This document shows, piece after piece, positions 38,434 to 51,808 of a stretch of 64,000 nucleotides of DNA. The position numbers were made by a program, and so were the translations under genes. Below the pieces are notes generated by a model that was not told the origin of the DNA, searched no databases, and saw only the letters and a program-made list of their open reading frames with translations. Each line of letters opens with the position of its first letter. Within the stretch, counting starts at the first letter, position 1. The stretch is from Octopus sinensis (taxonomy: Eukaryota): positions 95,914,001-95,978,000 of the forward strand of contig NC_043006.1 in assembly GCF_006345805.1 (NCBI RefSeq). Direction: 5' to 3'.

Positions 38434-39331
38434 TACATATTTGTATTACACATACAGAAGCACGCACACACATATAGAGTCTACCATACACACGCACTCG
38501 AGCACACGCAAACACACATGCATATATCCATTTCTATCGACACAAATTTCGATGTTAAACTGAGCGCCATTAATGAAACAGTGTGTGTGTATGTATGTGT
38601 GTGTGTGTGCGTGTGCGTATGCGTGTGTGCGTGCGTGTGTGTGTGTGTGTATGTGAATGTGTAAATTTGTGGGTTCCAATCTGCGCATGTGTATGTGTAC
38701 ATACATATAGATATAAGTATGTATGTGTGCTGTATATTTTATATGAATATAGAGCGAAAATTATGGTAAACACAAGTTGTGGTTTGTGCCATTTGTTCCC
38801 CGCGTTCTTTTCGGCATTGTCGTCATCTGCATCGCCTGCAGTGAGTTGAAGTCGATGTCCATAGCTCAATTGGATGCTGCAACAACCGTTCTTCGGGGAA
38901 GCATTTGTGTCCGATTTTGTTCCTATGACCCAATCGGCTTCTAATTCCTTTCTGAACTTATTCCGTAGCATGAAACGCTGGGATATGGCAGCAAATGGTT
39001 TTTAACCATTTAGCATATAGTCATAGTCAGCGGCATGGCTTGCAGCGGGCATTGTTCGGTATGCGGGAATGAGAAGTCCAAAAAATGACGAAACATCGGT
39101 GTCTATCGCTCCGAGAAGGGACCTATGTGAGTTGTCTCGCTTTACTGTGACTTACTTTCAGGTGTTTCTCACACCAAGCGCAAAGAGGATATAGTGTCTT
39201 ACGCCCAGAAATTGCAGCCGACCCACGTACTAACAACACACACACGTTGTGTATGTTCAATATATATATTATGTGTGTGTGTGTTGATATGTTTGTGGCT
39301 GGTGGTGTAGATATGCAGGTATTATCCCGAT

Positions 39332-39563
39332 AGGCGGCGAGCTGGCAGAAAGGGTAGCACGCCGGGCGAAATGCTTAGCGGTATTTCGTCTGCGTTACGT
39401 TGTGAGTTCAAATTCCGCCGAGGTCGACTTTGCCTTTCATCCTTTCGGGGTCGTTAAATTAAGTACCAGTTACGCCACTGGGGTCGATGTAATCGACTTA
39501 ATACCTATGTCTGTCTTTGTTTGTCCCCTCTGTGTTTAGCCCCTTGTGGGTAATAAAGAAATA
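39332..39563 (+). mobile_element. Full-length SINE (family of 29865) with 11-bp TSD
   Basis: TATTATCCCGA at 39320-39330 and 39566-39576; AATAAAG end. Confidence 0.88.
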
Positions 39564-40185
39564 GTTATTATCCCGAATATGCATATGTGTGCATTAATGG
39601 TTGTATGCATATATGCAATAACACATGTCAATTATTGACGAGCATGTATGTGCATATACAGACACTTATGAGTTAATGTGTGTGCATACTTAAGTACCAC
39701 TGGCAAAACACCTGAAATGTTTAGTAATTTCGAAGATCAATTAATGGATCCTAATTGCAATTATTTAAAGTGTCTCATTCCTTTCTCTATATCTATATTT
39801 TCTGTCGTGATTTATTTATATATTTACTTAAGTATTTGTTTTTGTTACTCAGAAGCCTTGAAATAACATAGATATAATTTATTTTCTCCTATTTACAAAC
39901 CTGTTCCTCCGTTGTTTTTTTACTGGAGAGTTGTGTATTTTCCATTGGTGTATTTCTCTAGGAATGGTTTCTAAAGACTCGCCACCTTTTCCATGTCTCG
40001 TGATAGTGTTTTCCTCGCGTAAGAAGACACATTTCAAGGAGGTACTTAATCTCTTTGTAGATAATAGAGTTTGAAGAACGTATACAATATCCGATTCGGG
40101 GGAAGTTTTCATCCATTATTAAAACTCTAGATGGCTGGAAGAATCGTTACTGCGACCAACAAAACACTTAATAGTACTTTTCCGT

Positions 40186-40620
40186 TCTATATTTAAGAGC
40201 TGAAGAATTATGTACGTTATTTACATTATTTACACCTGACGGATTAACCAAAATTAAGGAAGGATAGGAGAATATTAGATTCATAAGCCCTAAAATTCAC
40301 CCCACAGTTGCCCATGGACATATGGCATAGTGGGTAAGAGCGCGGGCTACTAACCCCAAGATTCTGAGTTCCATTCCAGGCAGTGATCCGAATATTAATA
40401 ATAATGATAATAATAATAATAATGATAATAATAATAATGATAATAATGATTAATAATGATAATGATAATAATAACAACAGCAAAATACCTTAGGAATAAG
40501 AACCGAGGTCCGAAATTTCCCCAAGACACCTGATGAAGGCTGGAGAGTATATCAGCCGAAACGTTGTGTTAACAACAAAGATGGGGATAAATATCCGTCA
40601 AATGTAAAAAATGTAAATAA
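40186..40620 (+). mobile_element. tRNA/(TAA)n/hammerhead element, copy 3, inserted in an older SINE
   Basis: Inverted tail fragment 40186-40243, A box 40323-40333, B box 40366-40377, (TAA)n, HHR. Flanked by AGTA(C/G)TTTTCCGT duplication (40173-40185 / 40621-40633). Confidence 0.85.
40525..40570 (+). ncRNA. Minimal type I hammerhead ribozyme
   Basis: GACAC CTGATGA A GGCTG..CAGCC GAAACGTT GTGTT. Confidence 0.82.
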
Positions 40621-42589
40621 AGTAGTTTTCCGTCTTTATATCCTGAGCTCAAATGCCGCTGAGGTCGACTTAGTTTTTCATCTTTTTTGGGGTCGGTAAA
40701 ATATTGGTGTTGATTACATCGACAAACTCCCTGTCCCCAAATTTTCAAGCCTTATTCCTATTCTAGAAATCATTATAAAGCTTCAGACAATTGCTTTTTC
40801 CTTTTGGGTCGATGCAGTCAATATCTTTATTCGTTGGACAATATATGTTGTTAGCCAGTAGTTTCCATATTTTAAAATCTGTTGGGGGGGGGGGTTGTGA
40901 GAAGGAAGCGGGGAGAGGAAGAGGAGGGGTGAGGGTAGTCATGATGGTTACATTGAACTTCGTATATTTGTACCTAAGCACTCTAACAATGGCGTGTACT
41001 GCTCCTTCACTCTATAATAATATTAATATTAATAATTTTATATATGTTTCTCCTATTTTTGTGAGCATTGCTAGGCTAAATTTGTTTCAGTTATGAGTAT
41101 GATTTTTATTAGCATCTTCTGTTGGTTCGCTATTCTTCTGTGTTTAGAAAGACACTCCAAATATATTTTCAAATGCAGTGACACTCCCTGATTTTATTGT
41201 CTCCATAGTTATATGAATGCTTGATGAAAACATCTGTTTTTCACCTATAATATTCCATATTAATAGATTACTTTGTGTATTATAATTTCGTTGTAGTAAT
41301 TAACAATAATTCATTAAAAGAAAAAATAATTAATAAAACAGTAATTAATGCCATGCATAGCTTCCAGTTAGTAGGAACTGTAATTACGATACAATTCATT
41401 TTTAAGTTTTGTCTGTTTTTTTAATTACAGATGTGCTTCGAACACGGAAATTTAAATCAAATAATAACAATAAAATTAATAACAACAACAACAAAAACAA
41501 CCGCAACAGCAATGACAATAAGAAGAATATTTTATTAGAGGCGAAATAAATATTCTGCTTTATAAATAGCCAATTCAGAGAATATTTAGAGAGCGTCAGT
41601 AAAACCTTAGTGAATGCCATGGAAAGATTTGGATATTTTTTTAATATTCTGAAAAAGCATTTTGGAAAAAACGTGTGTAACATTTTGAAATTTCTTTACG
41701 TAAAAATTGAACGAACAAAAGATATTTATGAAAAAATGTATAAATACAACAAAGTTGTAAAACGGTTGAGAAAAATTTTAAAGGTAGAATAATGTATGGA
41801 TGTTACAATGCAGGAAAGTTGTAATATATGGAAGAAACGATTAACAAAATTCTTTTAAGATGGAGATTTGTCATTTGTTAAAACACCGGATAAAATGTGC
41901 CACATTAGTTCTGATACTCAGCGCTCTTTGTTCAATTCCCACTGAAGTGCAACTTTGCGTTTCTTTTCCGTTTGAAGATCGACAAGAAGCATAACAAACT
42001 TGAACGATGGATTGGAAGAAATTTGATACCAACGAACCGGTTGCTCTGTCTTATTTACTGTGGCTCCTTCCCTTCAGAGTTCAAATATCACCATAGTTTT
42101 CTTGCATAGTGGACTTAATCCATCTCTCAATTTAATACCATCACAAGATCTGTAGATGCCTTTAGCAGACTTCATGCTGTTGGAAGCATTCAATCCAGCC
42201 CTCCGGTCGATGGATATCTTCCTTCTTCTCTCCCGTCAAAATATGGACCTTATCTTTCCACTTACCTTTCTCTACCAAGATATGGGCCCTATCTTAGATA
42301 TGGGCCTTATCTTTCGACTTGACTAAAAGAGTCGATCATTACTAACGAACGAATTAGATTTGATAATATGTATCCTGCTTTCGCTATTTATTTTAGGGTA
42401 CCTACGTTATCGTGATCCAACAGATTCCTCTCGCCGCTTTGATGCAGGATGTGACAGATGGATGGGGTGAGAGCACTCGGCTAGTATTGTCACCTGAGTA
42501 GGCTAGACTAAGCTGGAATGAAACGCATTGCACAAGATAAGAAAGTACCACCTAATCCAAGAATTGTGTGCATGTACACATACATGTCT

Positions 42590-44795
42590 AACTTAATAGC
42601 ACCACCTGATAGGATTATTCGAATCCTGTTTAAGTCAAGTTTTGTTCAAGTAGTGAGTTCTTGTTGGGTGAGATGTATCCAATAATGGGTGGCTTATCTG
42701 GTATTCTTTGAAGGAATCTATCCAGACTCCGTTTAAAGTTGATGGGATCCTTTTCCTCTTTGATCTCCCTCGAGACAATGTTAAATAGGGCAGAGCCTGT
42801 TGAGGAAAAGAAATTATGTTGCAGTGTACATGTATGTTGTGATCTTGAATTGGGCAGGGGACGTATGGCCCGTGGTCCCAGTCTTGGATGAACCTTGAAG
42901 CTAATGTTAAGGTCGTTTGGGCAAAGTTGGCGGTATATTCTCCACATCGTACAAATGATGTACCGCTCACGGCGACGCTGGAGGAAGGAAAGTTTCAAGG
43001 CTTTAAGGCGATCCCAATAATTGAGAGCAGCCATGCCTTCAATTCGTTTAGTGAGTGCCCTCTGGGGTGACTCAATTCTGGAGATGTTTTGTCTTGTATG
43101 GGGAGACCACAGTGAGCAGCAGTATTCAAGGTGTGGCCGTATAAAGGAGGAAAATAGTTGTATGATGGCACCTTGTTCTCTGGACCGGAAAGTTCTTAAG
43201 ATCCAGGAACTCATCCTACGAGCTATATCGACCTTCTTGTTGATGTGTGCACTCCAACTGAGATCGTCATCAACAATTACACCCAGGTCTCTGATATTGT
43301 TAGAGGCTGTGAGCGGTTCCCCTGAAGGAAGAGAGTATGGTTGTTTTAGTGAGGAATTTCTTCCAAAATGCATCAGCTCAAATTTTTCCTCATTCAGTTG
43401 CATTTTGTTTCTGTCTGCCCATTGACTCACAGCATATAGATCAGACTGGAGTTGAGTTCGGTCTGCTTCTTCATTGACGATTTGCTGGAGCTTAGTGCCA
43501 TCAGCAAAAATGTTCACTTTGCAGTAATGTACAACACTGGAAAGGTCGTTTATGTAAATTATGAAGAGTAGCGGACCCAAAACAGTCCCCTGGGGAACAC
43601 CGTTGGGGACTTTTGCTGGGCTTGAGTGGACTCCATCAACTACAACATGTTGTGTTCTATTCGCCAGGAAATACTTAATCCAGTGTAGAACTTTTTCCAC
43701 GGATTCCAACATTATCCAATTTTGAGAGTAGGATGTTATGGTCTACCCTGTCGAACGATTTACTGAAGTCAAGATATAAGACGTCAGAGTTCGAACCTGT
43801 TCCCAAGGCTTTGAGTACATCTTCAATGTGGTGTAAGAGCTGTGTTAGACAGTCCCTGCCACAGCGAAAGCCATGCTGATTTGCATTTAGGAGTTTGTGG
43901 GTCTCCAGGAGGTCAGCTATCCTTGATCTTAACACTCTTTCAAACACTTTAATGATGTGGGAGGTGAGATTGGGCGATAGTTGACTGCGAGGGATCTGTT
44001 TGCCTGTTTGAAAACCGGGATGACCGACTGGGATAGAAACTGTTTCGGTATATAACCTGCGTCTAACGAATTTCTCCAGAGGTTGGTCAGAGGAACTGCA
44101 AGTTGGTGTCTACATTCTTTCAGGAGACTAGCAGGGAATCTACCAGGGCCTAAAGCACAGTAATATTTGACCTCATTTATTGCTGCTACGATGTCAGTGG
44201 CAGTGAAGGTTATGTCTAAGTTTTTGTGTTGGGAGTCAACTTCGTTCGTTTCTCTTACGTCAATATCAGTGTGAACACTAAAGACAGAGCAGTATTGTTT
44301 CTGCAGTATTTCTGCCATTTCTTTAGCATCGTGTTGGGGAATGCCGTTATCATCAATCAATGGCCCAATGGGTGAGACAGTGGTTCTATGCTTATTTGCA
44401 TAAGAATATAACACTTTTGGGTTCTGTTTGATGTTTTTGATTACCCACTGTTCCTCCACAGCTCTTTGATTTTCAATGGAGGTTTTCATGTTGGTCTGCA
44501 GATGAGGTTTTTCCAGCTCTAGTCTTTTCATTGTTATGAATGTGGATGTTGTGTGTGGGAATATTTTAATTGGTTGAATTTTTTGTTGAGTCTTTTGATG
44601 CGCCTGATGAGTGTTTTTTTTCTTTTTAGGGAGCCGGTTTCTGTTTGTGTTAGTAGATTTCGTGAGAGCGTGTTTAGAGCATGTATAGGTGACAATGTTT
44701 TCAAAGTGCTGCCACGCGTCTCAATATGAGAGGAATTGAGAGTAAAAGACCAGTCGATGGAAGACAGATCCTTTCTGATTGCTCCCCAGTCCGCT
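42590..44795 (-). mobile_element. CR1/L2/Jockey-group LINE, 5'-truncated, disrupted RT ORF
   Basis: NYRPIS, QHGFR..C.TQLL, YLDFSKSFDRVDH, GVPQGTVLGPLLFIIYINDL, FADGTK (YxDD box mutated), RDLGV, RPHLEYC. Confidence 0.92.
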
Positions 44796-44822
44796 ATATA
44801 TACATACACACACAACACACAC

Positions 44823-44895
<73 letters not shown>

Positions 44896-45775
44896 TATAT
44901 GCGTGTGTAATATATATAAATATATATGTGTGTATGTATGCATGCATATATATATATGTATGTATGTGTATATGTATGTATGCATACATATATATATGTA
45001 TGTATGTATGCATGCATATAAATTTTGCGTGAACCATTTAACCCTTAATCTGCGATTTCCCCAACGTCGGATAATTCAAAATCGGTATTTGTGCATATGT
45101 ATGTGTGTGTATATGTACGTGTGTGTATATATGTGCATGTTTGTTTGCTTGCTTTGTATAGCAAAATTGATAGAATATTAAATGTTTACTCTATTTTTTA
45201 ACTTCATAAATATTTTGCAAACTATACAATAACAGTTTCTCAGAGTAGTAAGAAGTCCGGCATTGGTGGCACGGAACCGTAGATTATATTGCCTATTAGT
45301 ACATGCATTCTGTTCTCACGGTACCAGGTACATATAAATCGAAGTTGACATCGGTTGGATTTGAAAAGAGAAAATAAATTTGCATCAACGCATATTGTGG
45401 AACGGTAAATTTGGAAGCTTAAAAAAGCTTGGCTACCACAGCCATAACCCTTGAACTCGTACCAACCTTTCAATAACCGTTTTAGGTATGTTTATAGTCG
45501 TAAGCAGACAGTGACTCACGAGTGGACTTCCCTCAATTCACACAGCGAAATATCTAGAATTTAATAGTTGAAGGAAAAAGGGCTACATTAGTTCTCGACC
45601 GGGATATATTTCCAGCAGAATAAAATACTGTACTATGAAATACTTTGATTCCCTTAACGATACAGCGTATGACTCGATCCAGGAAATAAACCAACAAAAT
45701 TAACACTTTAACTGTGAAATTACATTTCATGGTTATTCCAGTAATGATGTTAGCAGCAGGTAAGAAGCTTGCTTC

Positions 45776-47762
45776 AGGTTGAACAGTGAGGACGTGAGCT
45801 TGAGCTCCGTCCTAAAAGAAAAAAGAACAAAAACAGAGAAGGTTGTCGAGGTAGGAGATTTCGTTTGTTTTAAGCAGGGCATGATTTATTGCGTGTGAAT
45901 GATTTTTTCAGTAAATTGTGCCCAGCTCTGGGACAATTACGCCTGCTCTCGGTCGGCTATTGTGTTATTGTGTTTGCTTTTTTGCTGGTGTAGCAAAAAA
46001 ATAGAAAAAAAAGGAAAAGAAACGTTGGGGGCGTATCTGCCCGAAGACTTGAATTTGGAATGTATTCCAGTTGCTGTTGCTGTCAGCTGTGGCCTGTATT
46101 GTGTGTTTTTTTTAAACATTTACCGGGAGAAAGTCCCTTCCGCGGAGTTCCATTTAGCCTGGAGTACCTGTTGGCCAGGATTGCCATTTTTTGCTGTGTG
46201 GAACTGTTTTCCTCTATTCGTTTTTTCTATTTATCTTTCTTGTGTTTTTTCTTCTTCTTTTATTTTTTCTTCAACTGTTTTTCTTGGACTTTTAGGACTG
46301 TTTTTCTTTTGAACATTGTGAACTTTTTGTTTTACACATGGAAAGAAAAAATGAAGCCACAGCCTTGGAGTGGGAGGTTGTCCCACCCAAGGAGTGGTTA
46401 AAAGACTTAAACAATAGAACGGTGGTGCTGAGGTCCTATTCTAGGTCGCTCGGTGCCATCGTTCAATATAATGACACCATAGAGAAGGAGTTGGCAAAAA
46501 GGCGGTGCTCCAGCATGGCCGCAGTCAAATGACTGAATCAAGTAAAAGAGAGAGTAAAAGAGAAAAAGAAAGAGAGAATACCTGCCAACTGTAAAATTTA
46601 TTTCTCGGGGGTCCAAATTTGCAACAGTCTGGTTGTTGTTTGGTACCCCCGAGGAAGCTGGCAGATTTGCCAGCGAGCACCTTGAGGGGAAGGAAATTTT
46701 GTCCCTCCCCACTTATTGTGGGAGGAAGATGAGAATAGCCTGGGTGTGAAGAGTGCCCCCGGGCACGGTGCGGGATGGATCGAGAAGACCATCCGTCGAG
46801 GCCTGGGAGATAGCGGGCCCAGGCTTTTGAGTGTTAAGATTGCTCCCGCGGTCGACTGGAAGGGGTCAAAGACAATTTTACCCTGTGGAACTCGGTGGCC
46901 GTGGGAGATATGATGTTCCCAGACTTCCTAAAAATGGCCCGTTATAGGTACCCGGTGATACTTGAGGGTCACCCCACCAAGTGTCACCTGTGCCTGGAAC
47001 CTGGCCATATCAAGATGAACTGTCCAGGGGGTCGTGGTGGGGCCCTGGAGCACGTGAAAGAGAAGGTGCCCGCCGCCCCCTCATTGGAGGGAGACGGTGG
47101 AAGTCGTGGAGGATGTTGCCTCCACGAAAAGAAAAAGAAAGGTGAGCAACAATGGTTGCTCACCAGAGAAGATACAGGCGGCGGAGGAGGGAAGTAGAGG
47201 AGCAGAGGACGGTCGGCGGATGTTCCCGGGCCGCCGACGGAGCCGCAGGTGGGATGTGTGCCACCTGAGGATAGGGCTCCGTCAGTGGGAAGTGTGGCAC
47301 TGACGGAGCAGTGTGAGGTCCCTTCCCGTGAAGAGGAGGAGTTTTTCCTCCTTTACCACGAGGGAGGTACGGTGAGTAAATTTCAGGACGGCTTGGGTGA
47401 CCGAGAACGTGCGTACTCGGTCTGCTCAAGTAGTCCGATATGGCCTCCGCAGGTGGCTGCGGAGGTAGTAACTGAAAAAATTCTGTCAAAGGTCACAGCG
47501 ACCTTTGACAAGGAAGAATTTGCTTTCCTCTTTGCAGGCCCCGACTTGTCGATGCAGAGTTGTCTGCAGGCGGCAAGTAACTTAGCTTGTTGTAAGGAAA
47601 TTTTGTATTGTTGTAAGAAACTTTGTATTCGAGGATTTGTCGGTCGGTGGGCGCCGACATCCCTCTCATCTGTATCATTTTGTTTCATTTCATCTCATCT
47701 TGTCTATGTCCAGCCCACAAGCTTCCTCTGTGTAAGGCTTATATGACCAATTTGATGAAATA
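45776..47762 (+). mobile_element. ~2-kb gag/ORF1-only retro-insertion (HAL1-like) with TSD
   Basis: Flanked by AAGAAGCTTGCTTC (45762-45775 / 47763-47776). CCHC knuckle CHLCLEPGHIKMNC near 46980; ends AATAAAG; no RT or EN motifs seen. Confidence 0.75.
46500..46578 (+). mobile_element. RTE-type SINE/LINE tail fragment inserted in the gag-like ORF
   Basis: GGCGGTGCTCCAGCATGGCCGCAGTCAAATGACTGAATCAAGTAAAAG, the same tail as the SINE at 21372. Confidence 0.8.
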
Positions 47763-47949
47763 AAGAAGCTTGCTTCCGGTTCCGGTTGTTAGTCGTTCTT
47801 CACTTACCTGTTGAAGTCGCCACGCTGGTATGCAGCTGGCGGAAGTTGAAATTGAAAGACGCTCTACTGTAAGGTAAGACTTTCTGCTTTTTGAGTCCAG
47901 TGGGATTTGTTGTCTGTAAGCTTTATTTTTTGTACAAGCAAGGATTCCT

Positions 47950-48486
47950 TACTGGATTCGGAACTGTGTCTACTTGGACAAGTCTTTTCTACTACAGCCT
48001 CGACCGATCAAAGTATTGTGAGTGGATTTGGTAGATAGAAACTGAAAGAATTGCCTCGTATATGTATATATGTATGCATGTGTGTGCGTGTGCGTGTGTC
48101 TGAGTGTGTGTGTGTGTGTGTGTGTAGATAGATAGATAGATAAAGAGATAGATAGATTTGATGTGGACCAAAATAGCTTGATTCAGACTCCTTCGTAGTC
48201 TGAGCTTAAATGCGTGGCTAGTCTTCCGCCATTGAGGTTATTTTGTCTACTCACTCATATACAGGTGTGTGTGTGTGTGTGTATGTTCAGCACCAACGCT
48301 TGACAATTGGTATGGGTGTGTTTATGTCTCCATAACAAAGCAGTTCGTCAAAAGAGAGCGATAGCGTAAGTACCAGCCTTAGAAGAATAAGCACAGGGGG
48401 TCGATTCGTGGAAATAAAATTCTTCAATGGGTTGCCCCAGTATGGCCGCAGACTAATGACTGAAACAAGTCAAAGATAAAACATAA
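47950..48486 (+). mobile_element. Diverged SINE (20987 family)
   Basis: GTGAGTGGATTTGGTAGATAGAAACTGAAAGAA and tail CCCAGTATGGCCGCAG..TGACTGAAACAAG. Confidence 0.7.
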
Positions 48487-49449
48487 AAATACATTTTAAA
48501 ACAAGCACTAATTGTATCGTTATATTAATTATCTTTTGATTAATTTTTGAAAATTTTAAAAACATTTTTGTTTGTAGTAGCGGGAGGAGGAGAAAATTTA
48601 TTAAACACATTAATTGATAACGATTTTTTTAAACGTATTTTCCGGATTTTGAACTAAAGAAAAAAAATTTCCGATTTGTAATACCCCTATATTTTATTAA
48701 TTTTATTTTTTTTCTTGTAAACATATTTTACAGAAACGATTAAAATTAAAGCACACAATACTCCTTTATTATTTAATTTATATTTTTTAAAAATCTATTC
48801 TTAAACTGATGATGTTAATTAAAACGTAAATGTTACTTAGTTTATATGAATATAAATTCAAGCTTTTCTTTTTCTTTTTTTTTTTTGGCTTCTAACGGGG
48901 AACATAAAAAACAGAAAATAACTTTTATGGCAATAACGATTTTCCTTATTGGTAATGGCAGAAATAATGCGATGGTGGCCAAGAAGGATAAGAAGAAAAT
49001 AAGCTGATGGTGAGAGGAGGAGGAGGAGGAGGTGGTGGAGGAGGACGAGGAGGACGACAACGATGACGTGTGCATGGTATCCTTGATGAGCATCTGCGAA
49101 AACCGTGAATAGACAAAGAGGCATACTGATTCCGGATGTCTGGAGTTGCACGAAAACCAAATATAACCGCAAACGTGAAAGGCATCGTGTAATATATACC
49201 GGGAATTATACAAGAGCTACATCATTGTGTATCTTTTCTTCTTTACTTACTGCAGTCATTGGGCCATGTTGGGGCATCCTCTTGAAGTGAGTAGTCGAAA
49301 GAAATCAGATTCTGGACTTTTATTTTTGGTTGCATTTTAAAGTTTGGCACTTATTCACTTTTTCGATCCACAGAGTGACGGGAATAAATAAACGGACGGC
49401 CATCAAAAGATGGCAATATGACAAACATAAATAGAAAGACACACACATA

Positions 49450-50737
49450 CGAGGGGCGTTCAATAAGTAATGCCCCTGACCCACTTCCCATAGTAGTAGA
49501 GCAACGAAACTTGGCACAGTTATTAGTTTTTTTCTACATAGGAACCACCCAGAGTTACGCATTTCTCCCATCGTTTGATGCAGCTCTGAAGACCATTTTC
49601 GTAGAAGAACCCAGCTTGGTCCTCCAACCTGAACGTGACTTCAGAAATCAAGGCTGCATCATCTGGGAAACGCTTTCCTTTTAAAAACAATTTCATGATT
49701 GGGAAGAGGTGAAAATCAGAGGGTGCAAGGTCAGGAAAGTAGGGGGGATGGGGAGAAGTTCATAGCCATACGCCTGTGCTTCTGATCTGGCGACAAGCGA
49801 GTTGTGGACCGGAGCGTTGTCCTGCAGGAGGAGGATGCCTTTGCTGATCTTGCCCCGCCTCTTGATTTTGATAACTTCTCTTAATTTCCTCAAAAGTGAA
49901 ACATAATAGGCTCCTGCAATTGTGGTACCCTTTGCCAGGAAATCTGTCATCACTACTCTGTCCTGGTCCCAGAAGACTGTGAGCATGACCTTGCCAGCGG
50001 AGGGCTGCACCCTTGCCTTCTTTGGAGGGGGTGAGTCACGGTGCTTCCACTGCATTGACTGGGCTTTGGTCTCTGGATCATCGTGATGGACCCAGGTTTC
50101 ATCCTGTGTAATCAATCTTTTGAAAAATTTTGACTCATTTTCTTGGCACATCTCCAAATTCACCCTCGAGCTTTCGACGCGTTCTTGCTTCTGGAAAGGC
50201 GTGAGCAACCTGGGAATCCATCTGGCAGACACCTTTTGCATATGCAAATGGTCATGAATGATAGTTTCCACAGACCCGGTACTAATCTTGACCTCATGAG
50301 CTATTTGGCGAATAATTATGCGTCGATCTTCCAAAATGGCAGCCTCAACTTGGACAGATGCCTCATCAATGGCAGAAGGGGGCGACCAGATCTGGGAGCT
50401 GTTTCCACAGAGTTCCGACCATGTTTGAATTCACGATGCCAGCGTTTTACAAGGTCATATGATGGGGCATCATCACCATAAGTTACTTTCATTTCATCAA
50501 AAGTTTCCCGTGGTGTGCGTCCTTTCAAATACAAAAACCGGATCACTGCTCGACACTCAACAGGCTCCATTTCACACTTGACTCGGTTCAAACACCTGTA
50601 AATCAGAAACCACAATTAATTCAGAGCTGTAATTTGCCACTTACTCTATAGAGATATAAATGATTGCACATACAAAATTTCAGCTAGATCAAACAACTGC
50701 AAGTGGGTCAGAGGCATTACTTATTGAACGTCCCTCG
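49450..50737 (-). mobile_element. Full-length mariner (DD34D) element with frameshifted transposase
   Basis: ~37-bp near-perfect TIRs CGAGGG(G/A)CGTTCAATAAGTAATGCC.CTGACCCACTT with TA flanks. CRAVIRFL, WIPRLL, TQDETW, QDNAPVH, PDLAPSDFHLF, KRWEKCV...YVEK motifs. Confidence 0.95.
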
Positions 50738-51039
50738 TACATACACACACACGTATCTATCATAGATGCGCACACATACATGTTTTATACGGCAAGCTTC
50801 TAAACAGTTTCCATCTACGAAATTCATTCACGTGATAGAGGCATTAGATGGCCCGATCCACATTAGAACACAGTTATCCATGACTCCTCATAGTGGAGCG
50901 AACGCTAAACCACATGGCCTTAACCACACAGCCATGCCTACGTCTATCAAGACCATTAGGTGAAGACGATTGAGAAATGGTACGATTACCATAGAAATGG
51001 TGTTACATATGATGACGTTTATATCGTCGGGAACATGAC

Positions 51040-51264
51040 CATTCACACCGATAGGAAGATATCGCTATCATCCGGATGAGATACATACATGAAAGACAGA
51101 AAAAAGCTGGATACTTGAAAGACATGGACACTGAAATCAAAAAGATGTTGAGGACGGAGACCGAAATATTACTTGCGTCCACTGGATATCTAGGATTCAC
51201 AAAGAAGGAAATAAATGTGCTCACCAATTACACCCCTAAGCAACATCAATATCGCTCTGCTTGA
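51040..51264 (+). pseudogene. Highly decayed RLE C-terminus of an R4/Dong-type element
   Basis: LKDMDTEIKKMLRTETEILLASTGYLGFTKK aligns by eye with YKDLEIEVTRMLNLKTETIPIIVGALGMIKK of the 5792-6517 ORF. Confidence 0.45.
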
Positions 51265-51710
51265 GAATCTTCCCGTACGGCGGAAATTACTCTAAAGTAA
51301 ATGACATATTCTTTATAACACCACAGGCACAATCTTGGAAGCTGGTCATACAAGACATTAAACATGAAAATAATATGTCTTCCAATTATGATATATATAT
51401 TATTAGAAATTTCGTGGGAAGGAGTTTGGTCGATATCATCGACTTTAATATTTCAATATTACTTTATTTCGACGACCTTCGAAGAATGAAAGACGAAGTG
51501 GAACTCAACTGGATTCGAAATCAGAAAAATAAAAGCCAGAAAAGATACCGCAAGGCATTTTCTCCGGCGCTCTATCTCGTCCACATCGTTTAGCAGCTCT
51601 CCGCCTCGGTAGCATTTATGATAACGATTTCTTTTATTATTCTTAACAGCAACAGCAACAACAGCAACCACAACAACAAGTGCAGTAACGACCACAGCAA
51701 CAACAACAAC

Positions 51711-51808
<98 letters not shown>

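Noticed and set aside
47770-47885. Possible promoter/first exon (CTTCCGG motif, GTAAG donors on both strands)
   Set aside because: These short motifs are expected by chance, overlap the TSD/SINE remnant, and no partner exons were identified.
48946-49185. Proline-rich ORF
   Set aside because: Derives from a (GAG)n tract; no domain evidence.
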